A stretch of DNA of 28,888 nucleotides from a virus (taxonomy: Duplodnaviria > Caudoviricetes), in IMG/VR virus record IMGVR_UViG_3300048785_000077, positions 1 through 28,888 of that record; one strand, written 5' to 3'. The notes under the pieces were generated by a model. That model had not been told where the DNA came from. It saw nothing but the letters and a program-made list of their open reading frames with translations, and made no database searches. Shown piece by piece: positions 1 through 9,068 of this stretch. A program made the translations under genes and the position numbers. The first letter of the stretch is position 1. The number at the start of each line of letters is the position of its first letter.

Positions 1-75
1 CGCGACATCGGGCGGCGTGATCCACTCCACGCCAATTCAATTGACAATTCAGTGATGGCGCTGGAGGATTTATGA
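1..75 (+). CDS. 3' end of an upstream gene (partial)
   Basis: Open frame from base 1 (RDIGRR...ALEDL*) ends in TGA overlapping the next ATG (ATGA at 72-75). Confidence 0.5.
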   Translation, partial: RDIGRRDPLHANSIDNSVMALEDL

Positions 76-161
76 CTTACGAGATGTGGTTCGACCTGCT
101 TCTCTCGTTTCTGGTTTTGCTGCTCACTGTCCTCTGGATTGCTGAGCGGAGAGAGCGCTAG
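72..161 (+). CDS. 29-aa single-TM membrane peptide (lysis cassette)
   Basis: GGAGG SD at 63-67; MTYEMWFDLLLSFLVLLLTVLWIAERRER; stop overlaps the next GTG; below the ORF-track cutoff. Confidence 0.6.
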   Translation: MTYEMWFDLLLSFLVLLLTVLWIAERRER

Positions 162-463
162 TGAAAAGTCCAAGCAATAACATGATCGCGCTTCTAACCC
201 TGCTTGGCGCCATTGGGTTGATGGTCTATCTGTTCGCAGGTTCCCGGCAAGACCCAAGTCTGCGCATTGCGGCGCTGGTAGCCGGTACCGGGCTAGTATC
301 CGCATTGGCTGCAATTGCCTCCACGATTTTAACCGGCAAGGATCTGACTAAGCCACGCGACCCTGCCGACATGCCCCCCAATACCACGACGACCGACACG
401 TCTACCGTAAAGGTAGGCCCTGTCCCCCCTATCCAGCCGGCGGACCCGGCGCAACTAAAGTAA
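161..463 (+). CDS. two-TM membrane protein, holin candidate
   Basis: Two hydrophobic helices and a Pro/Thr-rich tail; upstream of the endolysin. Confidence 0.55.
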   Translation: MKSPSNNMIALLTLLGAIGLMVYLFAGSRQDPSLRIAALVAGTGLVSALAAIASTILTGKDLTKPRDPADMPPNTTTTDTSTVKVGPVPPIQPADPAQLK

Positions 464-475
464 AGGAGAAACACA

Positions 476-841
476 GTGAAGAAGTTCCTCTTGATTCTCG
501 CCCTGATGGTGCCCTTGGCAGGATGCGCACCGGTGACAGCGCCGACGCCGCCATTGGCGCCTGGATACCAGAACACAGCCGATCAGACGATGGGAGAGAT
601 TCTGGCGGGAGCCCACGCCTTCTACCAGTCGATCCAGCAGCAGTCGGCGGCGGGGACCATGACGCTCTCGGCAACCGAGAAAGCGGCCTTCAACACGTTT
701 GGGGTGACACTCAACGGGGCGCAGACGGTTTACCTGGCCTACCACGGCAACCCGACCGCGGCGAACCTGGCAGCAGCGCAGACAGCCGTCAACACGGTCC
801 AAACCCAACAGGCAGCATTGCCAACCCCGAAGGTGAACTGA
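476..841 (+). CDS. lipoprotein (possible spanin-like lysis component)
   Basis: AAGGAG SD; signal peptide with lipobox LAGC. Confidence 0.7.
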   Translation: MKKFLLILALMVPLAGCAPVTAPTPPLAPGYQNTADQTMGEILAGAHAFYQSIQQQSAAGTMTLSATEKAAFNTFGVTLNGAQTVYLAYHGNPTAANLAAAQTAVNTVQTQQAALPTPKVN

Positions 842-1236
842 TGAGCACAGCTACCGTAGTACCCGCAGCCACCGGCTTCTGGGCAAACTTCAAGAACATC
901 CTTCCGGCGATCGAGCTTGCCGGGAATGTCGCCATCAGTCTTCTGGTTCCGGGCGGTGTCGCACTTGCCCCGCTGTTGTCCGGGCTCGAGAATGCCGTGA
1001 ATCCGCTCATACAGTCGATTGGCACCAAGGCTTCGGCGTCGAGCGAGATCATGACCGTCTACGCCACTATCATTGGCGTGCTGACCACGTTGAAGGCCAC
1101 GCCGGGCTTGCCTGCAGCTACTCTGGTTGAGATCGAAGGGTATATCACTGCGGCACAGAATGGCACGGGGGCTTACATCGAAGCTGAATCCGGGTTCAAT
1201 CCTGCGCTGTATTCACCTGTGACGCCGATAGCATGA
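841..1236 (+). CDS. hydrophobic hypothetical protein (lysis cassette)
   Basis: MSTATVV start coupled by TGATG to the lipoprotein stop; the longer start at 523 is unlikely. Confidence 0.7.
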   Translation: MSTATVVPAATGFWANFKNILPAIELAGNVAISLLVPGGVALAPLLSGLENAVNPLIQSIGTKASASSEIMTVYATIIGVLTTLKATPGLPAATLVEIEGYITAAQNGTGAYIEAESGFNPALYSPVTPIA

Positions 1237-1622
1237 CGATTCAGGATCAAGTTATCGGAGCTTTGACTGCATGGCGCGAGAACCGTGGCGGGGGTGTGGC
1301 TGGAATGACTTCGGTTATTAACGTTCTAGTCAACCGCGCCACTCATCGGGGAACGGATGTCTACACGGAAGCAGTTCGGAGACTCCAATTCTCCTCCATG
1401 ACCGCCGCTGGAGATCCCAATCTCATCCTCTTTCCGGCAGACAACGATCCTCAGTGGCAGGAAGCCCTCACGCTGGCCTCACAAGCCTCCAGGGGCTCTT
1501 TGGACGACATCACCGGGGGCGCAACATCCTACTACGCCCTATCGATGACTACACCTCCATACTGGGCCGCATCAATGACCAAAACTGTAGAGATAGAGGG
1601 CCAAGTGTTCTTTAAGTCCTAG
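1233..1622 (+). CDS. cell wall hydrolase, SleB/Hydrolase_2 family (endolysin)
   Basis: AWRENRG (catalytic Glu), VINVLVNR, QFSS, GGATSYY, PYWA, IEGQVFF motifs. Confidence 0.85.
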   Translation: MTIQDQVIGALTAWRENRGGGVAGMTSVINVLVNRATHRGTDVYTEAVRRLQFSSMTAAGDPNLILFPADNDPQWQEALTLASQASRGSLDDITGGATSYYALSMTTPPYWAASMTKTVEIEGQVFFKS

Positions 1623-1651
1623 TAAAAAAAGCATACGCCAGAGCACAAGCT

Positions 1652-1678
1652 GGATCGTCCTTTGGGGCGGTCCTTTTT
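1652..1678 (+). terminator. Rho-independent terminator
   Basis: GGATCGTCC-tttg-GGGCGGTCC stem (with G-U pairs) followed by T5. Confidence 0.8.
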
Positions 1679-1706
1679 GTTGCTGAAAATAAATATCAAA
1701 ATACCC

Positions 1707-1735
1707 TTTACAGCGGATTATGGGTATGCTAAATT
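1707..1735 (+). promoter_or_regulatory. sigma70-type promoter, probably leaderless
   Basis: TTTACA-17 bp-TAAATT with extended TG, AT-rich upstream; ATG 6 nt after the -10. Confidence 0.7.
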
Positions 1736-1741
1736 GCGTAC

Positions 1742-1954
1742 ATGAGAACTTATACCAGCGGCGAAGTGATGAAGTTCCTGCGGGAGAAGGCAGAGTCTAA
1801 ACGGGGTGCGCAGAAGCAACTCGCATTGGAACTCGGCATCTCGCCGCAATACCTCAACGATATTCTTTCCGATAATCGCAGGTTGACGACTGAAGTAGCG
1901 GCGGCAGTTGGTTTCCGCAAACAGCCGGACTCGTATCTGCGAGTGAAGGAGTAG
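1742..1954 (+). CDS. small HTH (Cro/XRE-like) regulator
   Basis: QKQLALELGISPQYLNDIL helix-turn-helix. Confidence 0.8.
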   Translation: MRTYTSGEVMKFLREKAESKRGAQKQLALELGISPQYLNDILSDNRRLTTEVAAAVGFRKQPDSYLRVKE

Positions 1955-1956
1955 CC

Positions 1957-2175
1957 ATGAACGACACACTCTACATCGTTGTTTACCGTAGCGGCCCCAA
2001 TTCCCGGTGGCAAGCTATCAGCGAGGGCGAGATGCCTGAACGGCGTATGGCGGAAAACCTGATCGAATGCAAGAAAGCGGCCGGATGGAAGAACTTCCAG
2101 TTCGCTATCGTCGAAGGCCCTATCTTCTCGCCGGACGCAATGGCTGAAGCTGAGGCAAAGCTCGAAGCCTTTTAG
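1957..2175 (+). CDS. hypothetical protein
   Basis: AAGGAG SD, operon context. Confidence 0.7.
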   Translation: MNDTLYIVVYRSGPNSRWQAISEGEMPERRMAENLIECKKAAGWKNFQFAIVEGPIFSPDAMAEAEAKLEAF

Positions 2176-2308
2176 TTTCCCGCCCGCAGACCAACGCGAT
2201 GAGCAAAACAGCGCCACGAAGTGACTGAATTGTCTAGGCACACATTCACTGCGAATCTAAGTCCTTGAATTCAGTGGGCGGGAATTAAACCTCAAGTGAA
2301 GGAGAATC

Positions 2309-3334
2309 ATGGACACAGAAGCAATCGAAGGGACGCCGATACCGGCCACCCAGCCTGCAGGATTCGTCCTGCTGGCTCCCGGAACCATCGCCTCTGATTA
2401 CGCGCTTCAGAGCCTCAACAAGGCGCTCGGGCAGGCGCAGGACGAGTTCGAGGATGCCGTGAAAAACGCGGTAAACACCTACGGAGGATGGAAGTACACT
2501 CCGCTTGAGACGCTCATCAAGGCAGTGCGGCCTTCCCTCACCAAGTACCATCTGACCATTTCGCAGTTCCCGGTCACCGATCTGGAAGAGAAGACCATCA
2601 CCGTCTATACCCGAATCGTTCACTGGGATTCTGGCGAGTGGATGCAGAACGCGCTTGAACTGCCGGGAGAATTGGCGCTCGGCAAGGATGGCGCTCCGAA
2701 GTTCAATCAGCAAACTATCGGCGGCTCTCAGACCTACGGCCAGAAGTACGCATACAAGGCCATCGCGGGCATCCCTGACGGGGAAGAGATGATCGACTCG
2801 ACCGACGAAAAGGGCGATCTTCCCTCTCGTCAGAAGAAGCAGTCGGACGTTCGGCAGGCGGCACAGCAGAGGGCTGGTGCAATATCGCACCAGGAAAACG
2901 CTCCCAGGGCGACCACAACGCAGCAGTCGGCCCAACAGGCCCACCAACGTGCAGCGAGCGCACCTGAGGCAGCACGGCCCCAAGCAGCACAGCTTAAATT
3001 CATCCCCCCGAACGGTCTGACGGCTGTAATCAAGGGAGTGAAGGAGATTGAGGCGCTTGCAGCCAAACCAGCCAACGGCGACATTCCCGCAATGAAGGCC
3101 GTACGGGGCAGGCTGATTGTCTCATTCCTCGGCCAGCATAACGGAGTGGAAGAGGCGTCGTGCTTCGATACGAAGTTTTGGCCTGCACTGAAAGAGTCTG
3201 TAGGTTTGGAGTGTCATTTCCAGATCGCAGAGAAGGACGCCAACGGCAAGCACTACATCAATATCGAGGATTTGATTTATGTTGCAGGGGAAGAGTACGT
3301 GGACGGCAAACCCGTACAAGGAGAGCAGCAATGA
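2309..3334 (+). CDS. erf: ERF-family single-strand annealing recombinase
   Basis: KNAVN...KYTPLETLIKAVRP and GGSQTYGQKYAYKAIAGI motifs; Q/A linker and extra C-terminal domain. Confidence 0.85.
   Translation: MDTEAIEGTPIPATQPAGFVLLAPGTIASDYALQSLNKALGQAQDEFEDAVKNAVNTYGGWKYTPLETLIKAVRPSLTKYHLTISQFPVTDLEEKTITVYTRIVHWDSGEWMQNALELPGELALGKDGAPKFNQQTIGGSQTYGQKYAYKAIAGIPDGEEMIDSTDEKGDLPSRQKKQSDVRQAAQQRAGAISHQENAPRATTTQQSAQQAHQRAASAPEAARPQAAQLKFIPPNGLTAVIKGVKEIEALAAKPANGDIPAMKAVRGRLIVSFLGQHNGVEEASCFDTKFWPALKESVGLECHFQIAEKDANGKHYINIEDLIYVAGEEYVDGKPVQGEQQ
2877..2890. promoter_or_regulatory. palindromic motif copy 1
   Basis: CTG-GTGCAATATCGCAC-CAG inside the ERF linker. Confidence 0.65.
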
Positions 3335-3600
3335 AGTTCATCGACAACGAAGGACAAGTCCAAGACGGCATCCTGCTGACTGACGAGCAGGTCGTGCAGC
3401 GGGAGAGGCTTATTACCTACTTCCACGAGGAAGCGTGCGGCGGAAATTATCATTCGTCTTATGGTAAAGACGTGAGGAAGTGCGTGACGCTCGCCAACGC
3501 TTTCGTCGCCGGCGCTATCGCCAAGGCCGCGAACACCGAACCGATTCCAGACCCCGAAGACTTGCATCCTTCACCATTCCCGACAGGAGTTGAAGCGTGA
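3331..3600 (+). CDS. hypothetical protein
   Basis: GGAG SD; ATGA overlap with erf; MKFIDNEG start. Confidence 0.7.
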   Translation: MKFIDNEGQVQDGILLTDEQVVQRERLITYFHEEACGGNYHSSYGKDVRKCVTLANAFVAGAIAKAANTEPIPDPEDLHPSPFPTGVEA

Positions 3601-5021
3601 ACTACGTCAAAGTTGAATCATCGCAGATCGCAGAAGTGGGTTTCGGGGAAGGTCGCTATGGCCCCGAGACCCTTGGATTGAAGTTCCCGCCCAACCGCAA
3701 GCAACTCGCCGCCGGCGAAACTGGCTCCGAGTACCACTATCAGAACGTGAGCAGCAGGACGCATCAAGCGCTCGTGGCCGCGCCATCCATCGGCATCTAT
3801 TTCGGGCAGAACATTAAGAACAACCCCGCGTACCCGTACGTGAAGGTGGAAGCGGAACCGGTAATCACCGTATTGGATGCGGTAGGACCGGACCCTACGC
3901 CTGCATCCACACGTGCCCGTATTGCGGATGCAGAAAAACCTGTCTCGACTCAATCGAATGGTGCCGAGTCTACAATCGCGACTGAACCGCCCAGCACCGC
4001 CCTTGCCGTTATCGACTCGATGGCTGATGACTTACTCTTCACTCCGGGCGCCATCACCGATGCGCAGCTTGCGGCTGGCCGGCAGTGGTATCTCACCGAA
4101 GCAAAGAAGTACGACATTTCAACGGAGCCGAAGCGCACGGAACTGAAGCGGTTCGCGCGTCCACTCCAGAAGCTCCGCACCGGCATTGAGGCGCGAGCAA
4201 AGGAACTGACTGGTGCAACAAAGCGCAAGATCGCAGCCATCGATGCAGAGAAGCGCCGTCTGGTGCAGATCGTTGGCGGAATCGAGGATGAGGTATTGCG
4301 CCCTCTGACCGAATGGGAAAGCAAGGAAATGACTCGCGTGGATGAACACGCGGAAGCGCTCAAGACCATCCGCGAGCATATCCTCTATGGCGCAACCGAA
4401 ACAGTCACCGATTTGACGATTCGCCTTGCGTGGTTGGAAGAACAACGGAAACGTGATTGGCAAGAGTTCGCGGTTCCGGCAGAGCGCGCCATCAATGACG
4501 AGGTTATGAGAGTGGAAGCACTTATCGACCTCGCCGATGCGCGGGACAAAGAGCAAGCCGAACTCGCCAAACTCCGGGCCGAATCCGTCGCAAGGGAACA
4601 GCGGGATCGCATCGAAGCTGCGGCACGGATCGCGCGGGAACAGGCCCAGCTAGAATCGTCGACGGAAGCGTTGCGCCTTCAAAGGGCAGCGGAAGACGCT
4701 GATACGCGCCGGGAGATCGCGGAGGGTATGCGCATCGCGTCGGAACAAGCGGCAGCACGGAGAGCCGAAGAAGCGGTCGCACAAGCCAAGCGCGACCAGG
4801 AGCAGGCCATCGAAAATGAGCGCATGCGGGTTGCTTTGGAAGCCAAGCATGAACGGGAAGCGGCTGAAGCGCGGGCAGCGGACGATGACCACAGGTGCAA
4901 GGTGAATAAGGAAGCCATCGACGCCATAGCCAAGCATCTTCCGATTGAATGGGATCTTGCTAACACGATTGTCTCAGCTATTGCAGCGGGGCTCATCCCC
5001 CACGTAACCATCAACTACTGA
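3597..5021 (+). CDS. KTSC domain fused to a phage coiled-coil protein
   Basis: N-terminal VESSQIAEVG...YHYQNV...SIGIYF (KTSC); long E/R/A coiled coil ending IAAGLIPHVTINY, typical of phage early regions. Confidence 0.75.
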   Translation: MNYVKVESSQIAEVGFGEGRYGPETLGLKFPPNRKQLAAGETGSEYHYQNVSSRTHQALVAAPSIGIYFGQNIKNNPAYPYVKVEAEPVITVLDAVGPDPTPASTRARIADAEKPVSTQSNGAESTIATEPPSTALAVIDSMADDLLFTPGAITDAQLAAGRQWYLTEAKKYDISTEPKRTELKRFARPLQKLRTGIEARAKELTGATKRKIAAIDAEKRRLVQIVGGIEDEVLRPLTEWESKEMTRVDEHAEALKTIREHILYGATETVTDLTIRLAWLEEQRKRDWQEFAVPAERAINDEVMRVEALIDLADARDKEQAELAKLRAESVAREQRDRIEAAARIAREQAQLESSTEALRLQRAAEDADTRREIAEGMRIASEQAAARRAEEAVAQAKRDQEQAIENERMRVALEAKHEREAAEARAADDDHRCKVNKEAIDAIAKHLPIEWDLANTIVSAIAAGLIPHVTINY

Positions 5022-5022
5022 G

Positions 5023-5586
5023 ATGCCATTTCCGGCCACACAAGAGGCGTTGTTTGCAGCCGGATATTCGTATGCCCGTTGGGAGCGATGTCCGGTCTGC
5101 ACCCTCGATGTGGAGATTTGGAATTCACCGGGGAAGAGAACTATAGCCATGGAGCCAATGCCGTCTTTCAAAACCCCGGCAATTCGACACTATGAGCAGT
5201 GCAATCTTGCACCAAAACAGGAGGAGCAAAGTGGAAGAGGAAACGTACAAGACGCTGCGGGACGAGATAGCAATCGCCGCGATGGTGTGCATGCTACAGG
5301 AGGACAAGTACCCTCCCAGACAGACGGCGCGAGAGGCCTACGCGATGGCGGATTGGATGCTCACGGCTCGGGAATCAAGCTCTACGGAGTCACCGACAAG
5401 AACATGATCGCGGTAGGATGGCTGGACGGAACGCTGAAAGTCCAGTTCCGCTACGGTAAGTACCACTATGCCAACGTCGCGGAGGATGTGTTTCAGAAGA
5501 TCAGGAACAACCCATTTCCGAATTCTCTTTTTGTTAAGCTCGTGAAGAATCACCCTGAACTCTATCCCTGCACCAAAATGGAGTAG
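5023..5586 (+). CDS. Zn-finger / KTSC-like fusion protein
   Basis: N-terminal CPVC...HYEQC; C-terminal IAVGW..GTLKVQF..YHYANV (KTSC-like). Confidence 0.65.
   Translation: MPFPATQEALFAAGYSYARWERCPVCTLDVEIWNSPGKRTIAMEPMPSFKTPAIRHYEQCNLAPKQEEQSGRGNVQDAAGRDSNRRDGVHATGGQVPSQTDGARGLRDGGLDAHGSGIKLYGVTDKNMIAVGWLDGTLKVQFRYGKYHYANVAEDVFQKIRNNPFPNSLFVKLVKNHPELYPCTKME
5199..5212. promoter_or_regulatory. palindromic motif copy 2
   Basis: GTGCAATCTTGCAC, perfect arms. Confidence 0.7.
5231..5407 (+). CDS. small phage protein nested out of frame in 5023..5586
   Basis: GAGGAG SD plus GTG; TLRDEIAIAAM...AREAYAMADWMLTAR resembles the common phage 'TLRDYFAAKAM...AYxMADAMLxAR' family. Confidence 0.6.
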   Translation: MEEETYKTLRDEIAIAAMVCMLQEDKYPPRQTAREAYAMADWMLTARESSSTESPTRT

Positions 5587-5588
5587 CT

Positions 5589-5801
5589 ATGGCATTCCCG
5601 AAGACGCTGAATGAAATGAAGTCGCACGGCTATACGTTCAAGGATTACGGCGTGTGCCGTGGTTGTGGTGATGACATCGAATGGTGGGAAACACCCAATG
5701 GCAAGAAAATCCCCATGAATCCCATGACTGGCGGCGATTCCGGAGCTACCGCTCACTGGGCCACATGCACAGAGCAAGACTCTTTCAGGAAGAAAGACTA
5801 A
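5589..5801 (+). CDS. small Zn-finger protein
   Basis: GGAG SD; CRGC...HWATC; similar to the N-terminus of 5023..5586. Confidence 0.75.
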   Translation: MAFPKTLNEMKSHGYTFKDYGVCRGCGDDIEWWETPNGKKIPMNPMTGGDSGATAHWATCTEQDSFRKKD

Positions 5802-7375
5802 TGCACTCACTCTTCGCCCGCAAGCTATCACTGCGCCCGTTCCGCTGGTACCAGGAGCCTGCCATCCCGATGTTCCGCCAAGCCGTCAAGGAGGGGCACA
5901 AGAAGATCGTCGGGCAGGCACCGTGCGGATATGGGAAGACGGTCATCGCCGCACACTTGGCTGTGTCGTCAATGCTAAAGGGTAACAAGGTGCTCTTTGC
6001 ATGTCCGCGCATCTCGCTTGTGGATCAAACCTTAGAGTCGTTTGATGATCAAGGTATCCACGACATTGGCATCTTGCAGGCGAATCATAAACGCACAAAT
6101 CCAATGTGCCAATTGCAGATCGCTTGCTTCGATACGCTCTACTCGCGCGACTTGCCTGACTTCGACTTTGTGATCCTCGATGAGATACACCTGGCCGACG
6201 CGCGGATGTGGAAGTTGATGGAGCGGTGGAAGATTGTTCTCGCCTTGACCGCTACGCCATGGAAGAAGGGACTCGGACTCCATTTCAGCAAACTCATCGT
6301 GCTTTCGACTATCAGCGACATGCTGGAGTACCACGAGAAAGACCCGTCCGTGGGGCTGGTGCCGATCAAAGGGATTGGGCCTAAGCTGGATTTTCTGAGG
6401 GACATTGAGAAACTGAAGACCGGCGCGGATGGAGACATTCAAGAGAATGCGGCGGCGCATTTCATGGAGAAAAACGAGGTCGTCGCCGATATTGTTGACA
6501 CGTGGCTTAGAACTCGTCAGGAGGGGAACCACCCAGGCGATAGGACATTCGTTTTTGCTCGAAGGAGGATCACTGCGGTTGCATATCAAGAGGCCTTTGC
6601 CGCGCAAGGAATCAAGTTCGATTACATCGATGCATTCACATCCGAGCGCAGCCCGATTTTCAAGCGTTTCCGGTCGAAAGAATCCCAAGGCATCGTCAGT
6701 GTTGGATGTTTGTCAACTGGGGTGGATGAGGACGTGCGATGCATCGTCGATGCCGCTCCCCGAAAGAATCAAGCTGACATCGTGCAAGCTCTTGGAAGAG
6801 GGATGAGGCCGGCAGAGGGAAAGGAGTTCTGCTACCTGTGCGATATGGTAGGCAACGCAAACCGCTACGGATGGTTTGCCGACATTTTCCACGAGAAGCT
6901 AGACGACACGCCTCCACACGTCAAGGGAAGCGCCTACGAGAAAGATGAAGCGGCCCCGACGGAAGTGAAGAGGAAGCAGTGCTCGATATGCCGCGAGTTT
7001 CTGCCCCGAGGAGCTTTTAAGTGTTTAGTCTGCGGGAATGTTCTGGTGGTTGACGATACGGTTACACTCGACGGCGAGCTAGTGGACCTGCATCGCGCGA
7101 AAGTAGAGAAAAAGGTTAAGAAGGAACGTCTTCAAAAAAGCGAAGAGCAGGCATTCTATTCTGGTCTGATTGACTTTGGGCAGAGCCGGGGATTCAAGCC
7201 AGGATGGGCGGCGAACAAATTCAAAGAGCGCTTCGGAGTTTGGCCTCGCAATTTAGAAGTGGTCCCGATGACTCCGCGCAAAGCCGTGAAGGAATTCATC
7301 GCGGAATCTGCGCGGAAATACCGGGAGAAACAGAAAGCACAACCTGCAGTTGAAGAATATCAAGAGGAGTTTTAG
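5801..7375 (+). CDS. SF2 DEAD/DEAH-box helicase (RadD/YejH-like) with C-terminal Zn finger
   Basis: APCGYGKT Walker A, DEIH, TATP, QALGRGMR, CxxC-CxxC; start coupled by TAATG. Confidence 0.9.
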   Translation: MHSLFARKLSLRPFRWYQEPAIPMFRQAVKEGHKKIVGQAPCGYGKTVIAAHLAVSSMLKGNKVLFACPRISLVDQTLESFDDQGIHDIGILQANHKRTNPMCQLQIACFDTLYSRDLPDFDFVILDEIHLADARMWKLMERWKIVLALTATPWKKGLGLHFSKLIVLSTISDMLEYHEKDPSVGLVPIKGIGPKLDFLRDIEKLKTGADGDIQENAAAHFMEKNEVVADIVDTWLRTRQEGNHPGDRTFVFARRRITAVAYQEAFAAQGIKFDYIDAFTSERSPIFKRFRSKESQGIVSVGCLSTGVDEDVRCIVDAAPRKNQADIVQALGRGMRPAEGKEFCYLCDMVGNANRYGWFADIFHEKLDDTPPHVKGSAYEKDEAAPTEVKRKQCSICREFLPRGAFKCLVCGNVLVVDDTVTLDGELVDLHRAKVEKKVKKERLQKSEEQAFYSGLIDFGQSRGFKPGWAANKFKERFGVWPRNLEVVPMTPRKAVKEFIAESARKYREKQKAQPAVEEYQEEF

Positions 7376-7377
7376 CT

Positions 7378-7605
7378 ATGAAAGTAGAACTGGAACCAGA
7401 AGAAACCCTCAGCGGATGCCCGATGTGTGCATCTGAGGCGTCATTTCATTCAACGATGATCGGAGCAAATCAAATGGTATCCGGTGCGCCCGTAGCGCCA
7501 ACCGGCTCGCTATTTTGGGTGAAGTGCGAGGATTGCGGGCTAACTCAACCGGGAGTAACGGACCGCTTCAATGCGCTGTTACGGTGGAATCGGAGGGACG
7601 GATGA
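7378..7605 (+). CDS. Lar-like restriction alleviation protein
   Basis: CPMC...VKCEDC...WNRR signature. Confidence 0.7.
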   Translation: MKVELEPEETLSGCPMCASEASFHSTMIGANQMVSGAPVAPTGSLFWVKCEDCGLTQPGVTDRFNALLRWNRRDG

Positions 7606-9068
7606 GCGAAATAATCAACATGCCTCACAACTCTATTATGGGAGCGGAGATGATTCTTCCAGATCAGCGGAATTGGGGAGACTATGAACGTTTCCTGTTT
7701 AGTAAGTCTCAGATTGGTGGCATGTCTGGATTCGATCCGATATGGATACCCGACTGGCTATTTCCCTTTCAGCAACAGTTGACCGAATGGGCAATCCGCA
7801 AGGGACGCGGTGGACTGTTCGAGGATTGCGGTTTGGGGAAGACGCCGCAGTTTTTGGTGTGGGCTGAGAACGTAGCCCGGCACGAGAATGGCCGGGTGCT
7901 AGTACTTTCTCCGCTTGCCGTGTCATTCCAGACTTTGGCTCAGTCTGAGCATTTCGGCATTGAGTCTTGCGTATCGCGCAATGGCCAGTTGCCGCTTGGG
8001 AAGAACATCATCCTTACGAACTACGAGAAGCTGCACCTGTTCAACCCCTCCGACTTCGTTGGCGTGGTGTGCGACGAGTCGGGCATCCTCAAGAACTACG
8101 ATGGGACCTTGCGCGGAAGAATCACCGAGTTCATGAAGAAACTGAAATACCGGCTGCTCTGCACTGCCACCGCAGCGCCGAACGATTACATCGAACTCGG
8201 CACAAGCAGCGAGGCCCTGGGGGAACTTGGGTACGTAGACATGCTGACAAGGTTCTTTAAGAACGATCAGCACACGATAAAACCGATGGTCTATCGGAAT
8301 CATGGAAACAATTTTCAGCAGTTAGATGAGGCGGCTAAGTGGCGATTCAAAGGACATGCTCGCATTCCGTTTATGCGGTGGGTGTGTTCGTGGGCTCGAG
8401 CTATACGCCGTCCATCGGACATCGGCTTTGAAGATGGGCCGTTCAGACTTCCTCCACTGATCGAACAGGACCATCTGGTGATTGCTGATAGCCTCCCGTC
8501 TGGCATGCTGTTTCCCCTGCCCGCCGTGGGACTGACAGAACAGCGTGACGAGCGGCGGCGAACTATTCAAGAGCGATGCGAGAAGGCGGCGGCGTTGGCG
8601 AATGAGCAAGAGTCTTCTGTCATATGGTGCCACTTGAATCCAGAGGGAGATTTGATCAAAAAGCTACTCGATGGGGAGCAAATATCAGGGAGGGACTCGG
8701 AAGATGCCAAGGAAGAGAAGCTGCTGGCATTTTCCAAGGGCCAGATCAAGCGCATCGTGACCAAAAGCTCTATCGCGGGCTGGGGCATGAACTGGCAGCA
8801 CTGCTCACACACCGTAACCTTTCCATCGCATAGTTTCGAGCAGTACTACCAGTCAGTCCGCCGCTTCTGGCGCTTTGGGCAAGTCAACCCCGTAACCGTG
8901 GACATCGTAACCACGGAAGGCGAGCAGTCCGTATTGCAGAACCTCCAGCGCAAAGCCAAGGCCGCAGATGAACTATTCTCTTCTTTGGTCGAGCAGATGA
9001 ATCAAGCAATCGCCATCGACCGCAGCGTTACATTCACCGAGAAACAGGAGAACCCATCATGGCTGTGA
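7602..9068 (+). CDS. SNF2-like helicase
   Basis: DCGLGKT, DES, TATAAPND, QSVRRFWRFGQ; ATGA-coupled start. Confidence 0.85.
   Translation: MSEIINMPHNSIMGAEMILPDQRNWGDYERFLFSKSQIGGMSGFDPIWIPDWLFPFQQQLTEWAIRKGRGGLFEDCGLGKTPQFLVWAENVARHENGRVLVLSPLAVSFQTLAQSEHFGIESCVSRNGQLPLGKNIILTNYEKLHLFNPSDFVGVVCDESGILKNYDGTLRGRITEFMKKLKYRLLCTATAAPNDYIELGTSSEALGELGYVDMLTRFFKNDQHTIKPMVYRNHGNNFQQLDEAAKWRFKGHARIPFMRWVCSWARAIRRPSDIGFEDGPFRLPPLIEQDHLVIADSLPSGMLFPLPAVGLTEQRDERRRTIQERCEKAAALANEQESSVIWCHLNPEGDLIKKLLDGEQISGRDSEDAKEEKLLAFSKGQIKRIVTKSSIAGWGMNWQHCSHTVTFPSHSFEQYYQSVRRFWRFGQVNPVTVDIVTTEGEQSVLQNLQRKAKAADELFSSLVEQMNQAIAIDRSVTFTEKQENPSWL

Noticed and set aside
523-840. Long N-terminal extensions in the ORF track (523, 3160, 5681, 7515, 11622, 13163, 18320, and 16380 on the minus strand)
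   Set aside because: They overlap real upstream genes; downstream starts have an SD and/or stop-start coupling.
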